DNA from: a virus
Lineage: Duplodnaviria; Caudoviricetes
Length of the DNA: 53,301 bases
Virus record (IMG/VR): IMGVR_UViG_3300032297_000671
Location: 1-53,301 of that record
Direction: 5' to 3' (one strand)
The notes below the pieces were generated by a model. It was given only the letters and a program-made list of their open reading frames with translations. It had not been told where the DNA came from and made no database searches. The stretch's first letter is position 1, and each line of letters starts with the position of its first letter. Positions 18,276 through 25,419 of this stretch are shown piece after piece. The position numbers and the translations under genes are program-made.

Positions 18276-18283
18276 TATTTTTG
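18276..18283 (+). promoter_or_regulatory. possible Bacteroidota-type housekeeping -7 element (TAnnTTTG)
   Basis: TATTTTTG in the intergenic region, 15 nt before ATG 18299. It is the only clear instance seen. Confidence 0.4.
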
Positions 18284-18298
18284 TAAAAAAAGAAAGAT

Positions 18299-19108
18299 AT
18301 GCCAGAATTAGCTGAGCTTAAGCTCACTGCAGATTATGTAAATAAACAATCGAGGGATCGTATATTTCATCTTGTAAAAAAACAGGAATATCATAAGGGA
18401 GAGGATATTTTCTCTTGTTTAGATTTTCCTTTTATCATAGAAGCAAGCAGTAGAGGAAAGGAATTAATGTTAACTATTTCAACTGCCCCTGAGTTTGCAA
18501 CTGAGGACAATATGCAGGTTAAGCATCTGATGATGACGATGGGAATGGGAGGATGTTTTAAATGGGTTCCTAAGAACGAAGAGCAAAAGCATGCACATAT
18601 CCATTTTATTTCAGATGATGGTTACCTTGCATTTGTTGATATTAGAAGATTTGGGAAATGGAAATGGGGACATTGGAACATTGATAGAGGACCTGATCCT
18701 ACGTTGGACTACACCGCTTTTGTCAATAACATAACGGAAAATTTGGATCATAGGGATTTTAGTAAGCCAATTTATGAAGTCCTTATGAATCAGAGATGGT
18801 TCAATGGAATAGGTAATTATTTACGTGCAGAAATACTTTATCGAATAGAAGGCGCAGACCCTTTCTCGAGTGCAAAGGATTATATTAATTCATATGGACC
18901 TGAATTATTTTCTTTGTGCCGTGACATTCCCATGCTAGTATATAAACTCGGAGGTGGTACATTAAGAGATTGGGAAAACCCATTCGGTGAAGTATCATCG
19001 ATCGGGTCTGTAATGAAATGCTATTACAATCCTACTATGAATAAGATGAAAGATAAAAACGGTCGTACTTTTTGGTATGACCCAAAATGGGAAAAATATG
19101 ATAAATAA
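18299..19108 (+). CDS. nei: Fpg/Nei-family DNA glycosylase/AP lyase, NEIL1-type with zincless finger
   Basis: N-terminal MPE, RGKEL, FVDIRRFG, H2TH motif NQRWFNGIGNYLRAEILYR and C-terminal DKNGRTFWY without zinc-finger cysteines. Confidence 0.92.
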   Translation: MPELAELKLTADYVNKQSRDRIFHLVKKQEYHKGEDIFSCLDFPFIIEASSRGKELMLTISTAPEFATEDNMQVKHLMMTMGMGGCFKWVPKNEEQKHAHIHFISDDGYLAFVDIRRFGKWKWGHWNIDRGPDPTLDYTAFVNNITENLDHRDFSKPIYEVLMNQRWFNGIGNYLRAEILYRIEGADPFSSAKDYINSYGPELFSLCRDIPMLVYKLGGGTLRDWENPFGEVSSIGSVMKCYYNPTMNKMKDKNGRTFWYDPKWEKYDK

Positions 19109-19808
19109 AGGTACACTTAAGAACTGTCTTTTCTTTGATGTTGAGACAGCAACAGGATTCAAAGATTTTTCTTCACTCAAAGAAAGCAACGAAAGACTTT
19201 CTAAGCTCTGGGAGAAAAGATGTGAATATTACAGGAAAGCATATCCAGAGTTATCAGACAAGTCTGTTGACGAGATATATCTTGAAAAAGCTTCATTGGA
19301 GCCTGAATTTTCTAGAATTGTTTGTGTTTCTTTTGGCACACTTGATAGCTCATCCAATCTAAGAATAGTTTCTTTCTGGGGCGATGATGAGATTCATATA
19401 CTCGAAAAAAGCTGTAAAGTATTTAGAAATGCATATGCTAAAGGTATGAAATTAGCTGGGCATAATATAAAGGGATTTGACGTTGCTTGTCTGGGCAAAA
19501 GAATAGTTTACACTGGTGTTGAAAATGGAACTGTTCCACCTAATCTTAATATATGGGATAAGAAGCCTTGGGATTTGCCATTTCTTGATTCATCCGAGAT
19601 ATTTTCTTTTGGTAACTGGGTACAACAAAAATATCTAAGCCTTGATCTTTTAGCATGCTCTTTAGGGGTAGAATCACCTAAAGAAAATCTTGATGGCTCG
19701 ATGGTCTCACATTTTTTCTGGGAATTGAAAGAATATGATTCAATTAAAGATTATTGCGAGCTTGATGTCAAAACCGTTTTTGAGGTCATGAATAAGGTGA
19801 GTATCTAG
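19098..19808 (+). CDS. DnaQ-like 3'-5' exonuclease (PolB-exo2-like)
   Basis: ExoI FFDVET, EFSRIVCVS, ExoII GHNIKGFD, KKPW and ExoIII YCELDV. Confidence 0.85.
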   Translation: MINKGTLKNCLFFDVETATGFKDFSSLKESNERLSKLWEKRCEYYRKAYPELSDKSVDEIYLEKASLEPEFSRIVCVSFGTLDSSSNLRIVSFWGDDEIHILEKSCKVFRNAYAKGMKLAGHNIKGFDVACLGKRIVYTGVENGTVPPNLNIWDKKPWDLPFLDSSEIFSFGNWVQQKYLSLDLLACSLGVESPKENLDGSMVSHFFWELKEYDSIKDYCELDVKTVFEVMNKVSI

Positions 19809-19836
19809 GTCTTAATCGGTTTTTTAAATTCTATCT

Positions 19837-19874
19837 AGGATTATTTGGATATATAAACCAAATAATCCTTTTTT
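19837..19874 (+). terminator. terminator-like hairpin enclosing a late promoter
   Basis: AGGATTATTTGG-ATATATAAA-CCAAATAATCCT-TTTTT. GATATATA at 19848-19855 spans the loop, and the hairpin abuts GTG 19875. Confidence 0.75.
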
Positions 19875-20666
19875 GTGAATACTGTTTTAGATTTTTCGTC
19901 ATATTTTCTTACTGAAGCAAAGATAGGCTCATTTTATAATGATGAGCTAAATCCTAAATTTTGGGATAAGTATACATCAAAAGACGGTAAGGTAAAATGG
20001 GTATTCGATCCTTTGGTTCGAAAGAAGCTTCTTAAAATAGCTGACGATTTCTATTCTAAGTTCGGGGATCTACTTGGAGATCTTCCTATATCTGATATCC
20101 AATTAACAGGATCTCTTGCTAACTACAATTATACGGATCAATCTGATTTGGATGTCCACGTTTTGGTTGATTTCAGCAAGATAAGTAACGATAAAAAAAC
20201 TTTAAAGGCTGCTATAGATGGTATCAGATTCATGTGGAATCTGAGACATGATGTTATAATAAGAGGCCATGATGTTGAGCTATATCTGCAGGATATCAAA
20301 GAACCTCACACAGCATCTGGATTATATTCACTTCAAGATAATAAATGGATCAGAGTTCCTAAATTCGATCCACCAGAAATTGATGAGCAAGATGTGAAGA
20401 AAAAATTCGAATCTATAGTTTCCGAAATCTCGAATTTAGAATCAAAGCTTGTACTTGTTCCAGAATTACCATCGGAAGCGAAAGATCTTTATAAGAGATT
20501 AAATAGGATCAAGGAAAAGGCTCAAAAAATGAGGAAAGAAGATCTAGGATCAAAGGGTGAATTCTCTGTTGGTAATCTCGTCTTTAAAAAGCTCAGAAAC
20601 GAGGGATATATAGCTAAACTGATAGATCTCATATCTAAGTCTTACTCAAGGATTTATTCAGAATAA
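19875..20666 (+). CDS. Pol-beta-superfamily nucleotidyltransferase
   Basis: DIQLTGSLANYNY...SDLDVHV carries the GS and DxD motifs, and DVELYLQD supplies the third acidic residue. The N-terminus MNTVLDFSSYFLTEA is CTS-like. Confidence 0.85.
   Translation: MNTVLDFSSYFLTEAKIGSFYNDELNPKFWDKYTSKDGKVKWVFDPLVRKKLLKIADDFYSKFGDLLGDLPISDIQLTGSLANYNYTDQSDLDVHVLVDFSKISNDKKTLKAAIDGIRFMWNLRHDVIIRGHDVELYLQDIKEPHTASGLYSLQDNKWIRVPKFDPPEIDEQDVKKKFESIVSEISNLESKLVLVPELPSEAKDLYKRLNRIKEKAQKMRKEDLGSKGEFSVGNLVFKKLRNEGYIAKLIDLISKSYSRIYSE
20605..20612 (+). promoter_or_regulatory. possible late promoter for 20680
   Basis: GATATATA 67 nt before ATG 20680, inside the 3' end of the upstream gene. Confidence 0.45.
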
Positions 20667-20679
20667 AAAATTTAAAAAG

Positions 20680-23316
20680 ATGATTCTAGTTTTTAGAAAA
20701 GGCGCTGTCTATAAGGCTACACCAGCCTCAGCAAAAAGAGATACAGTAAAGCCGGAGAATATTTTTCCATTAATGTCATTGCCTCTAAATGCTAAGGGTG
20801 TTGCAACAGATCTTAATGATTTTCAATGGTGGGCATATTCTGATAGATGGGATAAATGGTTAAAAGCTAATCCTAGAGAATGGACAGCTGAATCAATAGA
20901 TCCTGCTAAGTATGATTACAATACATTAAAGGAGGAGCTTGATAATAGAGTTAGACCTCTTACAAATTACATTTCTGATCAGGCATCTAGTCTAATCACT
21001 GGTGAAAAAGCAGTTAGCTTTACCGAGTATATGAAGATCCTCGAATCTAATGAAGAGGAAGCGTCTGGATCTAAAGATGCATTGAAAAAGTATATTAAAC
21101 TTGGATATGCAGTAGATTCCTTGAGAAAATCAGGAAAGCTAAAAACCACAATGGCGGTTTCTTCTCTCGAAGCAGGAAAACCTTATGCAGTGGTGGTTGA
21201 TTTCATGGACGAAACCCAAAAACCGATAGCTGAATCTAGGCAGGCTTTGAGAATGACTAAGATAAAGGAAACTCCGAAACTTGTTCTTGCAAAAGTTGAT
21301 TATAGTATCCCTACCGGAAAAATAGAGGATGAAGTTGATAGCTTTTTGGATAAGGTTATAGACGTTACAAAAAGCGTAGCAATTGCAGGAGTATCTTTAG
21401 CTGCTATCTACGGTGTTGTTCAAGTAGCCGGATCGATATGGGGTGGATGGCAACTATTCAAAACCGGAAATAAAATTTACAATTGGGCTACTAAAAAACC
21501 TGCTATAGAAGCTGCAGCAAAAAGCGGTGGTGGAGCATGGAATGCTATTAAGAATTTTGCAACAACTGCATGGAGTGGAAAAAATGCAGCATCTGTTGTT
21601 AATGCAGCAAGAACTACACTTCCTTCTGGAGCATTTGTTGAAGGCGGACTTGCCTATTCTGCTGAAGGTGTTCTCCTTAGAGGTGCAGCAGCAAACTCTG
21701 TTAAAGCAGCAGCAGGAAGACTAATTGCACAGAACGGTGGTGCAGCAGTTGCAGCAGCAGGAGCCGAAGCAGCAGGAGTATCTGGTATAGTTGCAGCAGA
21801 AGCATCTAACCCGATAGGATGGATAATAGCAGCGGCTTCGATCATAGGATCCGGTGTTAATCAGATATGGAACTGGATGAGTGATAAGCAAGCCCCAAGA
21901 TATTCTGATATCGATAGCTTTGCTTATGGAAGCTTCTCCCCTGGTGATATTCCTGTAGGAAAACCAATTACTGTTTGTTGGACTAGCGACGGTGGAGGTG
22001 GTGGATGGGGATTCGTTGCGGATCTTCTAACATTTTCTAAAGACGATACAAGAACTACAATGGAACTTGTTAAAATTGGAAGCTTTAAAGATAGATCTAT
22101 CTTCCTATTAACTCAGGTTAATTCTAAGGGTCTTCAGAAAATGATGAAGGATAACGATTTAATACTTCTTTCATTTGATAACGGTGATAAGTTCGAAAGA
22201 GGTACATTCGATAATGATGATCTTGAATTTGAAACTATCGCAATACAGGATATAACTAAGCTAACTATTGGAACTTCTTTTGTTGGATACAGCGGATGGG
22301 AAGATATGCAAAGTGCATATAACGAAGCACCCGATTCTGCATTTTATGTACCTGGTGGAGCTAGACAAGAATACCCATTCCACTATGAAAATGCGGAGGG
22401 TAAAAAAGTCAATGTAACAGGAACCCTTGTATCTAAGGATGAGCTTGAAAATATGGACATCGCTAGATTGGTTCCGATCCCGGGTGAGGGTGTTCTAGCC
22501 GAATCTAAATCTATTGTTTATGTAAATTCTTTAAATGAGAATAAATCAGTTCTTTCTTTTGACGAATTCTTTAGCGACAGAAAAGCAATTATGGAAGATG
22601 ATAAATCTGAGGATAATGAGACAGAGGATCAAGCTGAAATGAGTAATTGGTCTAGAGAATTCACCGAAAGAAAATCTTCATCCAACTATAGATCTTCATC
22701 TAGCTACGGACAAATTCCTATGGCTGTATACAAAGTTGATAATCTACAATATGTTGATCCGAATGAGAGTGGAAAAGCAGGAGACTTTTCTTACTATATA
22801 GTAGATCCGGATAGCTTGGATGCTCAACCTGGACAAGCTATTGGTGTTGAATCTGCATCTACTGAAGATGCTATCAACGATCCTAGATTTGGACTTGATA
22901 CTTACGTTAAACCTGAGGTTGAGCAACAGGAAGAGACACCTGAGGAGGAAGAAGTTATCATAGAGCCTGTAGAGGAAGAGCCGGGAGAAGTTATATCAAC
23001 ATCTAAGGGAGATGTTAATATCAGGAAAGGTAAAAATTCAGTAACTATAAAAGACAAGGAAGTTAGTGGAGGTGTTAATATACTTGATGAATTCGGTACA
23101 GATGAACTTAAGAAAGACCTTGCTATCAATAATTGGGATGGAGTTACTTCAGTTAAGCTAAGATACGATCGACTTGGCGAACCCCTTAATGTTATTATTA
23201 AAAATAGAGGAGCTTCTGCTGGAGATAAAAGAAGAGTTATCCGAAGAGGAGAGCTTGGATTTGATGATGCTGTAAAATTTGCAAAGGACGTTGAATCTGG
23301 AATAAAAACGATTTGA
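20680..23316 (+). CDS. large putative virion/ejection protein with Ala/Gly-rich hydrophobic helices
   Basis: Hydrophobic segments VAIAGVSLAAIYGVVQVAGSIWGGW and NPIGWIIAAASIIGSG, plus several [LI]xES sites. It lies directly upstream of the head genes. Confidence 0.6.
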   Translation: MILVFRKGAVYKATPASAKRDTVKPENIFPLMSLPLNAKGVATDLNDFQWWAYSDRWDKWLKANPREWTAESIDPAKYDYNTLKEELDNRVRPLTNYISDQASSLITGEKAVSFTEYMKILESNEEEASGSKDALKKYIKLGYAVDSLRKSGKLKTTMAVSSLEAGKPYAVVVDFMDETQKPIAESRQALRMTKIKETPKLVLAKVDYSIPTGKIEDEVDSFLDKVIDVTKSVAIAGVSLAAIYGVVQVAGSIWGGWQLFKTGNKIYNWATKKPAIEAAAKSGGGAWNAIKNFATTAWSGKNAASVVNAARTTLPSGAFVEGGLAYSAEGVLLRGAAANSVKAAAGRLIAQNGGAAVAAAGAEAAGVSGIVAAEASNPIGWIIAAASIIGSGVNQIWNWMSDKQAPRYSDIDSFAYGSFSPGDIPVGKPITVCWTSDGGGGGWGFVADLLTFSKDDTRTTMELVKIGSFKDRSIFLLTQVNSKGLQKMMKDNDLILLSFDNGDKFERGTFDNDDLEFETIAIQDITKLTIGTSFVGYSGWEDMQSAYNEAPDSAFYVPGGARQEYPFHYENAEGKKVNVTGTLVSKDELENMDIARLVPIPGEGVLAESKSIVYVNSLNENKSVLSFDEFFSDRKAIMEDDKSEDNETEDQAEMSNWSREFTERKSSSNYRSSSSYGQIPMAVYKVDNLQYVDPNESGKAGDFSYYIVDPDSLDAQPGQAIGVESASTEDAINDPRFGLDTYVKPEVEQQEETPEEEEVIIEPVEEEPGEVISTSKGDVNIRKGKNSVTIKDKEVSGGVNILDEFGTDELKKDLAINNWDGVTSVKLRYDRLGEPLNVIIKNRGASAGDKRRVIRRGELGFDDAVKFAKDVESGIKTI

Positions 23317-23350
23317 TAAAAAAACGTCAAATTTTCCGTAAAAGTAAAAA

Positions 23351-23358
23351 GATATATA
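23351..23358 (+). promoter_or_regulatory. putative late promoter GATATATA
   Basis: Intergenic, 25 nt before the protease ATG. Confidence 0.72.
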
Positions 23359-23383
23359 AACTTAAATAAACGATAGTCAACCA

Positions 23384-25396
23384 ATGGGAAATAATCCAAA
23401 TTCATTGAACGAGAATCTATTCTTTATATTAGAAAAGCAAAATGACAATCTTGCCGTTTCTAAAGTAGATTCCGATTCAGGTAAAGAATACATTCTTCAG
23501 GGAATAGCTGCTCAGTTTGGCAAGGAAAACAATAACAATAGAATCTATGAGGAAGGTGAATATCTTCCGCATCTTGACTATTTAAAGGACAAGATCAAAC
23601 AAAAAAGACTCCTAGGAGAATTGGATCACCCAGAAAAGTTTGATGTTTCTTTAAAAAATATTTCTCACGTTATCGACGATTTAGAATACGATAAAGACGG
23701 GAGAGTTCTTAAGATCAAGGTAAAATTGTTAGATACACCTGCTGGTCAGATAGCTAAAAAATTAGTTGATGCTGGAATTCCTTTAAGTATTAGTTCTAGA
23801 GCCGCTGGTCAAGTTGGACCAGATAAAAAGGTTCAAATCAAGAAGATTTTTACGTATGATTTAGTTGCTGATCCTGGTTTTCAAGATGCTCAGCTAGAGA
23901 GAGTTTATGAGTCTGCAGACTTTGTTACGTTCGTTGATCACCAAAAAAATTCAATAATAAACAGTCTTGAATGCGTAAATGAATCATTTGGATTAGAAAA
24001 TGAAAATTCATTGAAGATATATAAAGTTGAAAATAACGAGGAATTCGAAAAACTCTTTAAGTCAGAAGAAAAAAATAAATCCGCTACTATGGAGCAAAAA
24101 GAATATGTGACTGCTGATGAACTCAATAAATATTCTATCTTTTTAAAGAAGAAAATGGATGAGCTTGAGGCACAAATAAATGAAATGAAAAACGATGCTT
24201 CAGTATCTGAAGCTTCAACTGTTACAACTACTGACACTTCTGCTTTAGAAGAAAGGGTAGCTAAGCTTGAGAAATATTCAGAGTATCTTGCTGAAAATCT
24301 AGACGGTGCAATTAAATATGGTGAATATCTTGCTGAGAATCTAGACAACAGCATCACTTACTCTAAGTATCTTGCTGAAAATCTTGATAAGAACATCTCT
24401 TATGCTAAGTATCTAGCTGAGAATGTTGATAAGTCTATTTCATATTCAGAGTATGTTGCTGAGAATGTTGATAAGGCTATCGACTATTCTAAATATTTAG
24501 CTGAGAAAGTTGATGATGGTATTCAATACACAGAATATGTTGCTGAGAACCTTGATAAAAATATCGCTTATTCTGAGTATCTTGCAGAAAACCTAGATAA
24601 AGGTATCGCTTATTCTGAGTATCTTGCAGAAAACCTAGATAAAGGTATTGCTTATTCAGAATACATCGCAGAAAAATTAGATCAAGGAATTCACTTCACT
24701 GAATACCTTGCTGAAAACGTAAACAAGTCGGTATCTTATTCTGAATACATCGCAGAAAACTTAAATAAGGGTATCGCTTATTCAGACTATCTAGCTGAAA
24801 AGCTAAATGGTAACATCGCAGAAACTGAGTCTATCTCAGAGAGCGTAAAAAATGGTAAATCTGTTAACTTGAACGAAAGTGCAAGAGAAAATGCAGAAAT
24901 TATCGCTAACACAGAATTGGTAGAGTCTGGTTTTGCTGGAGATTATAATTCAATCTCAGGCAAAATTGACGCTCTAATTGAATCAGTCAAGACGCAAAAG
25001 ACTGAGGAGAATATAAACGAGGCAAGAACGAAAGTTCAGCCAACTGCTCAAACACAAAAAGCAGATGAGGCATTGAATGAAGGAATTGAATCTAATGTTA
25101 AGTCATCAGGTTACAAGTTTATCGATCAGATGCCAGAGGAATATGCTCAGGTTTGGGAATCCTTAAATGAAAACCATAAGCAATCTATTGTTGCTCAGGC
25201 TTCTTTCTACAATTTGGAAACTCAATATCAGATCAATAACTTCTGGTCTACTAGACAACTTGATACAAAAACAATTGGACTTCAAAAACTTCAAGAAAGC
25301 CAAGAAACACCAGAACCAACAAAAGAAAGCTTATCACCTGCATATTCTAACGACTATGTACAGTGGGTAGCTAAGTCTCTTGAAGGTAAGTTTTAA
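23384..25396 (+). CDS. gp21: prohead protease (T4 gp21-like) fused to scaffold/core domain
   Basis: N.NNRIY, LGELDHP, SHVI, LLDTPAG, ISSRAAG and YDLVADPGF..A, followed by a long coiled-coil/repeat C-terminal region. Confidence 0.9.
   Translation: MGNNPNSLNENLFFILEKQNDNLAVSKVDSDSGKEYILQGIAAQFGKENNNNRIYEEGEYLPHLDYLKDKIKQKRLLGELDHPEKFDVSLKNISHVIDDLEYDKDGRVLKIKVKLLDTPAGQIAKKLVDAGIPLSISSRAAGQVGPDKKVQIKKIFTYDLVADPGFQDAQLERVYESADFVTFVDHQKNSIINSLECVNESFGLENENSLKIYKVENNEEFEKLFKSEEKNKSATMEQKEYVTADELNKYSIFLKKKMDELEAQINEMKNDASVSEASTVTTTDTSALEERVAKLEKYSEYLAENLDGAIKYGEYLAENLDNSITYSKYLAENLDKNISYAKYLAENVDKSISYSEYVAENVDKAIDYSKYLAEKVDDGIQYTEYVAENLDKNIAYSEYLAENLDKGIAYSEYLAENLDKGIAYSEYIAEKLDQGIHFTEYLAENVNKSVSYSEYIAENLNKGIAYSDYLAEKLNGNIAETESISESVKNGKSVNLNESARENAEIIANTELVESGFAGDYNSISGKIDALIESVKTQKTEENINEARTKVQPTAQTQKADEALNEGIESNVKSSGYKFIDQMPEEYAQVWESLNENHKQSIVAQASFYNLETQYQINNFWSTRQLDTKTIGLQKLQESQETPEPTKESLSPAYSNDYVQWVAKSLEGKF
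24089..25396 (+). CDS. putative nested in-frame scaffold protein (435 aa, MEQKEYVT...)
   Basis: Internal GATATATA at 24016-24023 and an A-rich leader AAAAAAATAAATCCGCTACT precede an in-frame ATG at the protease/scaffold boundary. Confidence 0.5.
   Translation: MEQKEYVTADELNKYSIFLKKKMDELEAQINEMKNDASVSEASTVTTTDTSALEERVAKLEKYSEYLAENLDGAIKYGEYLAENLDNSITYSKYLAENLDKNISYAKYLAENVDKSISYSEYVAENVDKAIDYSKYLAEKVDDGIQYTEYVAENLDKNIAYSEYLAENLDKGIAYSEYLAENLDKGIAYSEYIAEKLDQGIHFTEYLAENVNKSVSYSEYIAENLNKGIAYSDYLAEKLNGNIAETESISESVKNGKSVNLNESARENAEIIANTELVESGFAGDYNSISGKIDALIESVKTQKTEENINEARTKVQPTAQTQKADEALNEGIESNVKSSGYKFIDQMPEEYAQVWESLNENHKQSIVAQASFYNLETQYQINNFWSTRQLDTKTIGLQKLQESQETPEPTKESLSPAYSNDYVQWVAKSLEGKF
24272..24817 (+). 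repeat. 13 tandem 42-bp (14-aa) repeats, consensus YSEYLAENLDKGIA
   Basis: Directly visible in both the protein and the DNA. Confidence 0.95.
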
Positions 25397-25419
25397 AAAA
25401 CAAAAAAAATAAAAAAACA

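Noticed and set aside
24272-24817. 42-bp periodic repeats as a CRISPR array
   Set aside because: There are no unique spacers. The repeats are in frame, vary at synonymous positions and encode a protein repeat.
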